A stretch of DNA of 64,000 nucleotides, from NCBI GenBank assembly GCA_934271195.1, contig CAKQRB010000052.1, forward strand, positions 4,352 to 68,351, written 5' to 3'. Positions 1 through 9,748 of this stretch are shown here, one piece after another. Under the pieces are notes generated by a model. The model did not search any database. It saw nothing but the letters and a program-made list of their open reading frames with translations, and was not told where the DNA came from. The DNA is from an uncultured Alphaproteobacteria bacterium. GTDB taxonomy: Bacteria; Pseudomonadota; Alphaproteobacteria; RF32; CAG-239. The translations under genes and the position numbers were made by a program. Positions within the stretch are counted from its first letter, which is position 1; every line of letters starts with the position of its first letter.

Positions 1-1031
1 TCTCTGCGCGAAACCATCTCAATCAGGCAAATCACGGCCTGTCCGCCGTCCAAAACCGGAATCGGAAACAAGTTAATCAGCCCGAGATTGATGGAAAGCA
101 ATGCCATAAAGACAAAAAAATCAATAAACCCGCGCTCTTTGCTGATATCACCGGTCATTTCGGCGATTCGAATAATGCCGCCGACATCATCGGAAGCTCT
201 TTTGCCAGTCAGCATCTGCCCGACCCCGCGCAGCGTTGCCGTTGTAATATCCCAAGTTTCAGCGCCGGCCTCCGTTAAAGCCTCGCCCAGAGAAAGGTCT
301 TTCTTATCCAGTTCCACGGCGTTAACCGACCGCACGCCGAGCAACAGCTTTTGCTTTTTGGGAGCATTCTCGCTGTCATACTCGCTGGTCGGAACTTCCA
401 GTTCTTTAAGAACAACCGGAATATTCAAAACTTGCTCGCCGCGCTGAACCACTAAATCAGCTTTCTTATCAACGCTCAGATCAACTTCGCGCTGCAAATC
501 TGCAAAAGTGTCAATTTTTTTGCCGTTGATTTCAATAACCTTGTCATTTTTCTGCAAACCTGCCGTCTGAGCAGCTCCGCCATCAAGAACCTCATCGATA
601 ACCGGAGGAAAAGTCAGCCGTCCCCAAAAGAAAAAGATAGCTGTAAAAATCAAGATGGCAAAAAGATAATTTACCGCCGGACCAGCCAGCGTAATGGCCA
701 GCTTTTTATAAGGCGCCTGCGCTGTAAAGGTGCGCTTCAAATCTTCTTCAGAAAGTTTTTTAACCTCATCGCTCTCAGTCGCACTTGCAGCATCAGCATC
801 GCCAAACATCCGAACATACCCGCCCAGAGGAATGGCACACACTTTCCAGCGTGTGCCTGTTCTGTCATTAAACCCCCAAAGCTCCTTGCCAAATCCCAGA
901 GAAAATTCCTCAACTTTCACGCCTGCCGCTTTGGCAACCAGAAAATGCCCGAGTTCGTGCACAAAAACCAACACGCCCAATAAAACGACAAAGGGCACAA
1001 GATAATAAAAGATATCTGTCAACCAATCCAT
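1..1031 (-). CDS. rseP: RseP, regulator of sigma-E protease (S2P/M50 zinc metalloprotease with PDZ domain); partial, C-terminus runs off the window start
   Basis: Minus-strand frame is open from 1031 (ATG; MDWLTDIFYYLVPFVVLLGVLVFVHELGHFLVAKAAGVKVEEFSLGFGKELWGF...) to the window edge. It has the HExxH motif, a PDZ-like middle part and the C-terminal LINLFPIPVLDGG motif. Not in the ORF track because it lacks a stop in the window. Conserved uppS-cdsA-rseP order. Confidence 0.8.
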   Translation of the reverse strand, partial: MDWLTDIFYYLVPFVVLLGVLVFVHELGHFLVAKAAGVKVEEFSLGFGKELWGFNDRTGTRWKVCAIPLGGYVRMFGDADAASATESDEVKKLSEEDLKRTFTAQAPYKKLAITLAGPAVNYLFAILIFTAIFFFWGRLTFPPVIDEVLDGGAAQTAGLQKNDKVIEINGKKIDTFADLQREVDLSVDKKADLVVQRGEQVLNIPVVLKELEVPTSEYDSENAPKKQKLLLGVRSVNAVELDKKDLSLGEALTEAGAETWDITTATLRGVGQMLTGKRASDDVGGIIRIAEMTGDISKERGFIDFFVFMALLSINLGLINLFPIPVLDGGQAVICLIEMVSRR

Positions 1032-1033
1032 CA

Positions 1034-1834
1034 CTACATCCCGCTGTTAATCATATCAACAATTTTCAAAGCCAGATAAAGTACCGGCGCAGAAAAAATC
1101 AATCCGTCCACCCGATCAAACATTCCGCCGTGACCGGGAATAAGACCGCTGGAATCTTTCAGTCCCAAATGACGCTTGATTGCCGATTCGATCAAATCTC
1201 CGATTTGTGCGACAACGGCAACTGCGGCCGACAACAGGCAAACATAAAGAAGAAGCTGTGTTCCGATAAAATAATAAACCAGACTGCCGGTCACCAGCAT
1301 CGCCAACAAGATGCCGCCGATCAATCCCGACCAGGTTTTGTTCGGACTGATTTTCGGAGCCAGCTTCGGACCTTTCAAAGTCGAACCCACAAAATAACCG
1401 CCGATATCTACGCTCCATACCGCCAAAAAGAACAACAGGGCAATCGGAAAACCGGACGTTTCATAAAGCCAGTTAATTGCTCCGGCACCCAGAGAAATAT
1501 ACGGCACGCCCAGCATCAGCAGATATTTATGCTCCTCATTCCGAGCCAGAACAATAACAGCCAGCCAACAAACCGCAATTATCGTTCCCCAGACAATCCC
1601 CGGAAAAGGCACCATGGCAGAAAAAACCGCTGCCACGGTATAAGCCACGGCATAAGCATTCTGACGGGAACTCGGAACCATCGAGCTCCATTCCCAAGCT
1701 AAAATCACGCCGATCAGCATCACCAAAAAGTTCATAAACGGCGCGCCATACCATAATGCCCCGAAAACCGCAGGAATCATAACCAGCGCCGAAAGGGTGC
1801 GCTTTAACAAAGCCTGAGCTTTAGACTTTTCCAT
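1034..1834 (-). CDS. cdsA: Phosphatidate cytidylyltransferase CdsA
   Basis: Multi-TM protein with a typical CdsA C-terminal region, directly downstream of uppS. The listed ORF extends to 1936, but the likely start is the internal Met (MEKSKAQALLKRTLSALVMIP...) at 1834, overlapping the uppS stop by 14 nt. The start is uncertain (1852 is also possible). Confidence 0.8.
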   Translation of the reverse strand: MEKSKAQALLKRTLSALVMIPAVFGALWYGAPFMNFLVMLIGVILAWEWSSMVPSSRQNAYAVAYTVAAVFSAMVPFPGIVWGTIIAVCWLAVIVLARNEEHKYLLMLGVPYISLGAGAINWLYETSGFPIALLFFLAVWSVDIGGYFVGSTLKGPKLAPKISPNKTWSGLIGGILLAMLVTGSLVYYFIGTQLLLYVCLLSAAVAVVAQIGDLIESAIKRHLGLKDSSGLIPGHGGMFDRVDGLIFSAPVLYLALKIVDMINSGM

Positions 1835-2546
1835 ATCTTCTCTCCCTTGCATTAAAATTCTTAATAATTTCCTCCAGACATTTGCGATCAAAATCCGGCC
1901 ACAACACATCGGAAAAATAAAATTCGGCATAGGCAATCTGCCACAACAGATAGTTGCTCACTCGTTGCTCTCCGCTGGTTCTGATAACCAGATCCGGATC
2001 TGGAATATCTTTGGTATAAAGCAGACCGGCAAACATCTTGGCATCAATATCATCAGGCGCGATGTCACCGCGTTTGGCCAAAACGGCAAGCCGGCGGGCA
2101 GCATGAACAATCTCCTGACGAGAACCATAACTCAAAGCAATGCACAAAGTCATTTTTTTGTTATCTGCCGTTTCGTTCTCCAGCTTGCGCATCGCTTCGG
2201 TAATATCTGCCGGCAACATAGAACGTTCTCCGATAAAAACAATACGGATATCATTGTCCTGCAATTCTTTCAAATCAGACTTCAAATATTCGCGCAAAAG
2301 CCCCATCAGCGTTTCCACCTCCTCGGGCGGCCGCTGCCAGTTTTCTGTAGAAAAGGCATAAAGCGTCAGATATTTAATCCCCATTTCGCCGGCAACGCGC
2401 GCAATTTCTTTAACGGTTTCCGCGCCTTTTTTATGTCCGACGGAACGTGGCAAGCCATTCTTCTTGGCCCAGCGCCCGTTCCCGTCCATAATAATCGCAA
2501 TATGCTGCAGACTGTTTGCTTCGTTTGTCACGTCAGTTCTCTTCAT
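1821..2546 (-). CDS. uppS: Undecaprenyl pyrophosphate synthase (ditrans,polycis-UPP synthase)
   Basis: 241 aa with the IIMDGNGRWA motif. Conserved frr-uppS-cdsA context. Confidence 0.9.
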   Translation of the reverse strand: MKRTDVTNEANSLQHIAIIMDGNGRWAKKNGLPRSVGHKKGAETVKEIARVAGEMGIKYLTLYAFSTENWQRPPEEVETLMGLLREYLKSDLKELQDNDIRIVFIGERSMLPADITEAMRKLENETADNKKMTLCIALSYGSRQEIVHAARRLAVLAKRGDIAPDDIDAKMFAGLLYTKDIPDPDLVIRTSGEQRVSNYLLWQIAYAEFYFSDVLWPDFDRKCLEEIIKNFNARERRYGKV

Positions 2547-2577
2547 TCATCCATATTCCAAAAACATTTTGCCTGCA

Positions 2578-3144
2578 TCAAACTTGCAAAATATCTTTCT
2601 CTTTCAGGACCTGAAGTTCGTCGACTTTTTTAATCGCCTCGTCCGTCAGCTTCTGAATCTCGGTTTCAAATCTTTTTTCCTCATCTTCAGAAATTGCATT
2701 GTCTTTCTTCAGTTTTTTAATACCGTCAATCCCGTCTCGACGCACGTTCCGGATGGCAACCTTGGCCTGCTCGGTATATTTGCCGGCCACTTTTACCAGC
2801 TCTTTTCTTCGTTCTTCGCTGAGCGGAGGAATGGGGATACGGATAAGCTGTCCGTCAGAAACCGGATTCAGCCCCAAATCGGATTCGCGAATGGCTTTTT
2901 CGACAGACTTGGCCAAACCTTTGTCCCAAACGCTCACAGCCAAAGTGCGGGCATCAGGCACGCTGACTGTTCCCACCTGATTTAACGGCGTCATTGAACC
3001 ATAGGCTTCGACCGTCATCCCGTCCAGCAGGCTGGCATGGGCTCGTCCGGCGCGCAAACCGCCAAAATCGTTCTTCAGCGCTTCAATTGTTTTATCCATT
3101 CTCGTCTTGGTATCGGTTTTAATCTCATTAAAATCAGACATCAT
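2578..3144 (-). CDS. frr: Ribosome recycling factor
   Basis: 188 aa. Typical RRF sequence ([35 protein letters not shown]...). Follows pyrH. Confidence 0.9.
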   Translation of the reverse strand: MMSDFNEIKTDTKTRMDKTIEALKNDFGGLRAGRAHASLLDGMTVEAYGSMTPLNQVGTVSVPDARTLAVSVWDKGLAKSVEKAIRESDLGLNPVSDGQLIRIPIPPLSEERRKELVKVAGKYTEQAKVAIRNVRRDGIDGIKKLKKDNAISEDEEKRFETEIQKLTDEAIKKVDELQVLKEKDILQV

Positions 3145-3864
3145 CTATTCCTCGTTTTTAATTATCGTAAACTCGCCTTCGCCGCACACGGCTTTCATCA
3201 AAGCATTTTCTCCGGCCTGCGCAAACACAACCACAGGAATGCGATTTTCCCGCGCCAGCGCCACAGCCGCCGTATCCATAACTTTGAGCTGCTTATTGAT
3301 AACCGTGTCATAATCAATAACCTGATATTTCTGTGCTTGCGGATTTTTGAGCGGATCGCTGTCATAAACACCGTCGACCTGCGTTGCTTTCAAAATAACA
3401 TCGCATTTCATCTCAGACGCACGCAGTGCCGCCGCCGTATCGGTCGTAAAAAACGGATTCCCCGTGCCGGCCGCAAAAATGACTATCCGCCCTTTTTCCA
3501 AATGATGCAACCCTTTGCGATAAACATAATGCTCGCATACGTCGGGAATATTCAATGCCGACATAACGCGCGACGGAACCTTCAGCCGCTCCAGAGCATT
3601 CTGAATAAAAAGCGCGTTCATGACCGTTGCCAGCATCCCGACCTGATGCGCCACAACCGGCGCCATTTCTTTTGAGGCGTCTTTAGCACCGCGAAAAATA
3701 TTGCCGCCGCCGACAACGATACAAACTTCCACGCCGGCATTGGCAATCTCTTCAATCTGTCCGGCCAGAGTTTTAATGACCTCTTCCGACATTCCGTAAG
3801 GCTTATTCCCCAGCAGCCCCTCGCCGGAAAGCTTCAGGAGGATTCTTTTATATACAGGTTTCAT
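3145..3864 (-). CDS. pyrH: UMP kinase
   Basis: KRILLKLSGEGL N-terminus, amino-acid-kinase fold motifs. pyrH-frr adjacency. Start chosen at the third residue Met (MKPVYK). Confidence 0.9.
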   Translation of the reverse strand: MKPVYKRILLKLSGEGLLGNKPYGMSEEVIKTLAGQIEEIANAGVEVCIVVGGGNIFRGAKDASKEMAPVVAHQVGMLATVMNALFIQNALERLKVPSRVMSALNIPDVCEHYVYRKGLHHLEKGRIVIFAAGTGNPFFTTDTAAALRASEMKCDVILKATQVDGVYDSDPLKNPQAQKYQVIDYDTVINKQLKVMDTAAVALARENRIPVVVFAQAGENALMKAVCGEGEFTIIKNEE

Positions 3865-4057
3865 ACACATCCTTGAGCAAACATATTTTCTCTACATATT
3901 AACGTCTTTAATCGATTTGTCATCATATTTCTTCACTTTTATAAGATAAATTTTCGCTTTAACGCAAGTTATCTTCACCGCAAAAAATAATATTGAAAAA
4001 TCCGCCGGTTCGTTTTAAGTTGATAACAAATTTAAATTTCGAACAAGGAACATTTCT

Positions 4058-4693
4058 ATGACAACAGCTTTTATCTTATCGGCGCTCGGCGGTTATCTGC
4101 TCGGCTCCGTGCCTTTCGGACTGGTTTTGACTCGACTGGCAGGCTTGGGTGACATCCGCAAAATCGGTTCAGGCAACATCGGCGCCACCAATGTCCTGCG
4201 CACCGGACGCAAAGATCTGGCTTTGCTGACCGTTTTGCTCGATGCATTCAAAGCCGGTATCGCCGCCCTGATTGCCAAACATCTGGCAACCAACGAGGCT
4301 ATGATGTTTTGCGGCTATTTGACTTCCATCAACACGGTCGCCGCCTTAATCGCCGGCACCTGCGGCGTTTTGGGACACAACTTTCCAATCTGGCTCAGGT
4401 TCAAAGGCGGCAAAGGCGTAGCCTCTGCTTTTGGTTTTATTCTGGCATTATCTCCGGTTGTTGCCGGCTGCGCATTTCTGACTTGGATTATCTGCGCCGT
4501 CGTCACCCGCTATTCTTCTTTGTCGGCAATTCTGGCTGCTGCTGCTTTGCCGTTGTATGCCTATTTTTACACCTCTCCGGTTTATACAATATTCTACACG
4601 GCAATCGCTTTGCTGGTACTGATCAGACATCACGCCAACATTGCTCGTTTGATAAAAGGACAAGAAAGCAAAATCAGCTTCAAAAAGAAATAA
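4058..4693 (+). CDS. plsY: Glycerol-3-phosphate acyltransferase PlsY
   Basis: 211 aa membrane protein (LGSVPFGLV...GSGNIGATNVLRTG). Conserved plsY-dprA-topA order. Confidence 0.9.
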   Translation: MTTAFILSALGGYLLGSVPFGLVLTRLAGLGDIRKIGSGNIGATNVLRTGRKDLALLTVLLDAFKAGIAALIAKHLATNEAMMFCGYLTSINTVAALIAGTCGVLGHNFPIWLRFKGGKGVASAFGFILALSPVVAGCAFLTWIICAVVTRYSSLSAILAAAALPLYAYFYTSPVYTIFYTAIALLVLIRHHANIARLIKGQESKISFKKK

Positions 4694-5800
4694 ATGGCCT
4701 CAGATACGGAAATCATAGACTGCCTGCGCTTAATCAACTCCGAAAACGTCGGTCCGGTCACCTTTTACAAGCTCGTCAAAGAATACGGCAGTATTCCGGC
4801 GGCGCTTGATGCCTTGCCGTCTGCATTAAAAATACAACCCTGCCCGAAAGCGGATGCAGAAGCTGAATTTGAAAGGGTCAGAAACCTTGGCGCCACAATC
4901 ATTACTTATCGCGACAAAGAATATCCTGCGCTCTTAAAACAACTAAACGACAAACCGCCGCTTTTTTATGTCCTTGGCAACGCCGGATTACTGAACCTGC
5001 CGCTGAGCATATCAATTGTCGGTGCCAGAAACGCAACCGTCAGCGGCCGCAAAACCGCATCAAAAATCGCCCACGACCTGACCAACAACAAAATTTTGGT
5101 AATTTCCGGCATGGCGCGCGGCATCGATTCGGCCGCTCATAAAGGCGCTATGTATGCCTGCGAACAGCAAGGTCCGACAATTGCCGTTCTGGGAACCGGA
5201 GTCGATATTCCTTATCCGAAAGAAAATACTGCCCTTTATCATCAAATTGCCGAACAAGGCGCCGTTATATCAGAATTTCCGCTCGGTACGCTGCCGCAGC
5301 CTGCCAATTTTCCGCGCCGCAACCGCATTGTCGCTGGTTTGTCTTGCGGAACGCTGGTTGTTGAAGCCTCGTTAAACTCAGGTTCTTTAATCACGGCTCG
5401 ACTGGCTTTGGAACAAGGACGCGATATTTTTGCCGTCCCAGGCTCACCACAGGATTTTCGTTCGCTCGGCCCCAATAAATTAATCAAAGACGGCGCCATT
5501 CTGGTTGAATCCGCCGACGATATTTTAGAAACCTTATCCCAAACCCACAGTGTTCAGCTAACGGAATATATTGACAAGTTGCAAAAAAATGCCGATATTC
5601 CGGAAGAAGAAACCAAAGAAGAAGATCTTGTGGACAGCTCCTGCCTGACGGATTACATCAGTTATGACGGTGTCTATGTCGACGAACTGATTCGCGTTAC
5701 CGGCATGAGCGTTTCCGAACTTTCTCCTGCTCTTCTGGAACTGGAATTAAACGGCAAAATCGAAAGACAACCCGGCAACAAAGTTGCTTTAATAAAATAA
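4694..5800 (+). CDS. dprA: DNA processing protein DprA (Smf)
   Basis: 368 aa. Rossmann-like DprA core (ISIVGARNAT...ISGMARGIDSAAHKGA...GTGVDIPYPKEN). The start ATG abuts the plsY stop. Confidence 0.85.
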   Translation: MASDTEIIDCLRLINSENVGPVTFYKLVKEYGSIPAALDALPSALKIQPCPKADAEAEFERVRNLGATIITYRDKEYPALLKQLNDKPPLFYVLGNAGLLNLPLSISIVGARNATVSGRKTASKIAHDLTNNKILVISGMARGIDSAAHKGAMYACEQQGPTIAVLGTGVDIPYPKENTALYHQIAEQGAVISEFPLGTLPQPANFPRRNRIVAGLSCGTLVVEASLNSGSLITARLALEQGRDIFAVPGSPQDFRSLGPNKLIKDGAILVESADDILETLSQTHSVQLTEYIDKLQKNADIPEEETKEEDLVDSSCLTDYISYDGVYVDELIRVTGMSVSELSPALLELELNGKIERQPGNKVALIK

Positions 5801-5813
5801 ATATGGAAAAGAA

Positions 5814-8267
5814 ATGAAGTTAGTTATTGTAGAGTCTCCGGCCAAAGCCAAAACCATTAACAAATACCTCGGCAGCGACTATAAAGTCCTTGCCAGCTTC
5901 GGCCATATTCGCGACTTGCCGAGCAAAGACGGCTCCGTCAAACCGGACGAAGACTTTGCAATGAGCTGGGAACTCAGCCCCGGCGGTCAAAAGCGCCTCA
6001 AAGATATTATTGACGCAGTCAAAGAAGCCGACACGATTGTCCTCGCCTCCGACCCGGATAGAGAAGGAGAAGCCATTGCCTGGCATATTTTGGAAGAATT
6101 AAAAGCCAAAAAGAAAATCAAAGACAAAAAAATCGAGCGCGTTGTCTTTCATGAAATCACCAAACGTGCGGTAACCGAGGCCATTCAAAACCCGCGCACG
6201 ATTGATGACAATCTCGTTTCTGCCTACATGGCCCGCCGCGCTTTGGATTACCTTGTCGGTTTTACATTATCACCTGTTCTGTGGCGCAAGCTTCCGGGAT
6301 CAAAATCCGCCGGCCGCGTTCAGTCCGTCGCCCTGCGGTTGATTTGTGAACGCGAAACCGAAATTGAAAAATTCAAACCGGAAGAATACTGGACGGTCGA
6401 TGTTGACTTAATCACCAAAACTCAGGCGCTCATCAAGTCTCACCTGATAACGCTGGACGGTAAAAAGCTGGAAAAATTTGATATCAATACCGAAGAAAAA
6501 GCTCTTGCCGCCAAAGCCAAAATTGAAGCGCAAGAATTCAGTATTGCCAGTGTTGAACGCAAAAAAACCAACCGCTATCCGGCTCCGCCGTTCACAACCT
6601 CGACTTTGCAGCAGGAAGCCGCCCGCAAGCTGCGCTATTCTGCCAAAAAGACCATGCAGATTGCCCAAAAGCTTTATGAAGCGGGTTTAATCACTTATAT
6701 GCGTACCGATGCGGTCAATCTGTCACAGGAGGCCGTAACCGCCTGCCGCGACGCGATTCTAAAATATTTTGGCGAAGCCTACCTGCCGAAAACAGCTAAA
6801 GAATACAAGACAAAATCCAAAAACGCTCAAGAAGCACACGAGGCCATTCGTCCGTCCGATGTCATGAACACGCCGAAAAAAATGGAAACAAAACTGGATG
6901 CCGACGCCCACAAGCTCTACGAGCTGATCTGGAAGCGTACCGTCGCCTGCCAGATGAATCCGGCCGTTCTTGACAAAGTCACCATTGATTCCATTTCTGC
7001 AGACAAACAAATCATTTTGCGCGCCAACGGACAAGTCATCAATTTTGACGGCTTCTTAAAACTTTATCAGGAAAGCAAAGACGACAGTGATGAAGATGAT
7101 GAGAACAGGATTCTGCCAAACGTGGAAGAAGGCGAAAACGTTGACAAAGGCGAAATCACAACCGCCCAGCACTTTACTACGCCGCCGCCGCGCTTTACCG
7201 AAGCCAGTTTGGTTAAAAAGCTGGAAGAACTCGGCATCGGACGCCCGTCGACTTATGCTACGATTATTTCCGTTCTGCAGGAACGCAAATATGTTCGGGT
7301 AGAAAAATTGCGCTTTATTCCGGAAGACCGCGGTCGTATTGTAACCGTATTTCTGGAAAACTTTTTCAAAAAATATGTAGAATATGATTTCACTGCCCAG
7401 CTGGAAGAATATCTTGATGATATCTCCGCCGGCGAGATGGAATGGAAAAAGCTGCTTGGCGGCTTTTGGGCAAAATTCATCAAAACAGTTGAATCGGTAC
7501 AGCCGTTGCAAATTACCGAAGTCATTAACAAAATTGACGAGGCCTTGTCGTTTCACTTGTTCCCGCCCCGCGAAGACGGCTCTGACCCCAGAGCGTGTCC
7601 GGAATGCGGTACCGGCCGTTTAAGTATCAAACTAGGAAAATTTGGTGCCTTTATCGGTTGCTCCAACTATCCGGAGTGCAAATACACCAAGCCGCTGGTT
7701 GATACGAGTGATGAAGAAGCATCAGATTCTCCCAAACCCAAATCCGGCGAAGATAAAGTTCTGGGCGAATTAAACGGCATGAAGATTTATCTCAAAAAAG
7801 GCCCTTACGGTTTTTATTTGCAATTGGGTGAAGACGCAACGGCTACCACAGAAAAGCCTAAACGCTCGGCCTTGCCGAAAAACTTGAATCCGGAAGAAGT
7901 TACTTATGAACAGGCATCAACCTTACTGAGCCTGCCCAAACAGCTCGGCAACGGAATTGAAGTTAATATCGGAAAATTCGGACAATATATCAAACAGGGC
8001 GGCAAATCAAAGTCTCTGACCGGTAATGATAACATTTTCAACATTACCTTGGAACGCGCCGAAGAAATTTTGAAAAACGTTGCCGAACGTCCGGTCGGAA
8101 AAGTTATCGGCCGGCATCCGAAGGATAAAGCCGATATCACGCTGAATGTCGGCCGTTACGGACCTTACCTGAAATGGGGTAAAAATAATTATGCCCTGCC
8201 TAAAGCCCTCAAAGATAAGGAACCGACTTTGGAAGAAGCCCTTCAGGTCATTAATGCAAAAAAATAA
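5814..8267 (+). CDS. topA: DNA topoisomerase I
   Basis: 817 aa. Toprim N-terminus (MKLVIVESPAKAKTINKYLG...), topo IA core and a C-terminal zinc ribbon (CPECG...CSNYPEC). Confidence 0.95.
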   Translation: MKLVIVESPAKAKTINKYLGSDYKVLASFGHIRDLPSKDGSVKPDEDFAMSWELSPGGQKRLKDIIDAVKEADTIVLASDPDREGEAIAWHILEELKAKKKIKDKKIERVVFHEITKRAVTEAIQNPRTIDDNLVSAYMARRALDYLVGFTLSPVLWRKLPGSKSAGRVQSVALRLICERETEIEKFKPEEYWTVDVDLITKTQALIKSHLITLDGKKLEKFDINTEEKALAAKAKIEAQEFSIASVERKKTNRYPAPPFTTSTLQQEAARKLRYSAKKTMQIAQKLYEAGLITYMRTDAVNLSQEAVTACRDAILKYFGEAYLPKTAKEYKTKSKNAQEAHEAIRPSDVMNTPKKMETKLDADAHKLYELIWKRTVACQMNPAVLDKVTIDSISADKQIILRANGQVINFDGFLKLYQESKDDSDEDDENRILPNVEEGENVDKGEITTAQHFTTPPPRFTEASLVKKLEELGIGRPSTYATIISVLQERKYVRVEKLRFIPEDRGRIVTVFLENFFKKYVEYDFTAQLEEYLDDISAGEMEWKKLLGGFWAKFIKTVESVQPLQITEVINKIDEALSFHLFPPREDGSDPRACPECGTGRLSIKLGKFGAFIGCSNYPECKYTKPLVDTSDEEASDSPKPKSGEDKVLGELNGMKIYLKKGPYGFYLQLGEDATATTEKPKRSALPKNLNPEEVTYEQASTLLSLPKQLGNGIEVNIGKFGQYIKQGGKSKSLTGNDNIFNITLERAEEILKNVAERPVGKVIGRHPKDKADITLNVGRYGPYLKWGKNNYALPKALKDKEPTLEEALQVINAKK

Positions 8268-8587
8268 ACATTTATCGGCAAATGCCAAAAACTTTTGATT
8301 TAATGTATAAAAAACCCCGCCTATTTTGAACAACAGACTTACAAAAGGCGATTCTCAAACAGCGGGGCCATTTTATCCGTAAAACGTCAGCGAAGTCTTA
8401 TTTGAGTATTGGTACAATTTTCGTTTGCAACCGTCCCCATAAAAGCGTTCATATAAAGCTGACATTTTTCAATAATCAAACCATTAATTTCCGTCAGAAG
8501 AAACATTAATCACAAACGAACAGGCAATCGCGCAGACACTCAAAAGAGCAAACACGACCTATGCCGGAATAAATTCCGGCATAATTT

Positions 8588-9748
8588 TTAATCCGATTTT
8601 CCAAGATTGACGTTTCGGTTAATATGCACACATAGAATAATCCCGAAAGAAGCCATCACCGACAGAATCACCGTTCCGCCATAAGAAATCAACGGCAACG
8701 GAATTCCGACCACTGGCAGAAGCCCTAAAACCATCGCCGTATTAATACAAACATATAAAAAGAAATTCGTTGCCAAACCAATCGCCAGCAGCTTTCCGAA
8801 ATAACTTGTGCTGCGTAAAGCAAACGCAAAACTATAGGCAATAATCAGCATATTCAACAAAATAACAAACACGGCGCCAACCATACCAAACTCTTCTGAT
8901 AACATTGTAAAAATAAAGTCCGTATGCTTTTCCGGCAAAAAGTTTAAATGGCTCTGTGTTCCCTTCAAAAAGCCTTTGCCAAACACTCCGCCCGACCCCA
9001 GCGCAATTTTTGACTGGATAATATGATATCCGGCGCCTAGCGGATCCCGTTCAGGATCAAGAAAAGTCAACACGCGGTTTTGCTGATACTCTCGCAAAAA
9101 ATGCCAAGCTACCGGCGCCATAACAATCGCCCCCAGAATAATGACCCCAAACTTCCACAATTGCACACCAACCACAAAAAACATCGCGCCGGCCGTCATC
9201 AAAAGCATCATCGCCGTACCCAAATCCGGTTGGGTTAAGACCAGAAAAGCCGGAAATAAAACCAGCAAAAGCGGAGGAATAATCCCGCGGATTGTTTCAA
9301 TCGATTGCAAAGATGTTGTATGAAAATACTTAGCCAAAGCCAAAACCAGCGCAATCTTCATCAACTCCGACGGCTGCAGATTAAAAAATTTCAAATTAAT
9401 CCAGCGTTGCGCCCCCATACCGACATGCCCTTTAATCTCCACATAAATCAGTAGAAGCAAAACTACAAAATAAAAGAAATAGGCATAGCGCAGCAGGTAT
9501 TTGATGTCAATCATCGCAAAAAAAATCATCAGCCCGAAAGCCACGCTGAAACGCAACAAATGTTTAAGCGCCCATTGGTTCCACTCGCCGTTTGCCGCAG
9601 AATAAAGCATGACAATTCCCACCGACACCAACAGCACAATGAAGAGAATATAAGAAAAACTTAAATTAAAAAATTTTTCTTTTAGTGTCAGGCTCTGGTT
9701 TTTTATACTGGTTTCATAAAACTTATACATCGGCAAAATCCTATTCAA
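8588..9748 (-). CDS. mrdB: Rod shape-determining SEDS protein RodA (MrdB)
   Basis: 386 aa polytopic SEDS-family protein. Immediately downstream of PBP2 in the mreBCD-mrdA-mrdB operon. Confidence 0.85.
   Translation of the reverse strand: MNRILPMYKFYETSIKNQSLTLKEKFFNLSFSYILFIVLLVSVGIVMLYSAANGEWNQWALKHLLRFSVAFGLMIFFAMIDIKYLLRYAYFFYFVVLLLLIYVEIKGHVGMGAQRWINLKFFNLQPSELMKIALVLALAKYFHTTSLQSIETIRGIIPPLLLVLFPAFLVLTQPDLGTAMMLLMTAGAMFFVVGVQLWKFGVIILGAIVMAPVAWHFLREYQQNRVLTFLDPERDPLGAGYHIIQSKIALGSGGVFGKGFLKGTQSHLNFLPEKHTDFIFTMLSEEFGMVGAVFVILLNMLIIAYSFAFALRSTSYFGKLLAIGLATNFFLYVCINTAMVLGLLPVVGIPLPLISYGGTVILSVMASFGIILCVHINRNVNLGKSD

Noticed and set aside
88-1005. Plus-strand ORFs 88-447 and 730-1005
   Set aside because: They are antisense to the rseP frame, which is open across the whole region on the minus strand. 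No motifs.
1834-1936. N-terminal extensions in the ORF track for cdsA, murG, lgt, ftsQ, chrA, ACP-like 1 and others
   Set aside because: The extensions overlap upstream genes extensively and precede the conserved N-terminal motifs. Starts were moved to internal Met codons that give short overlaps or abutments typical of operons.
8268-8587. tRNA or other structured RNA in the topA-rodA spacer and other spacers
   Set aside because: No cloverleaf-compatible segments were seen in any intergenic region by eye: no GTTCGAATC-type T-arm with matching acceptor stems. A tRNAscan or Infernal run would be needed to exclude them formally.
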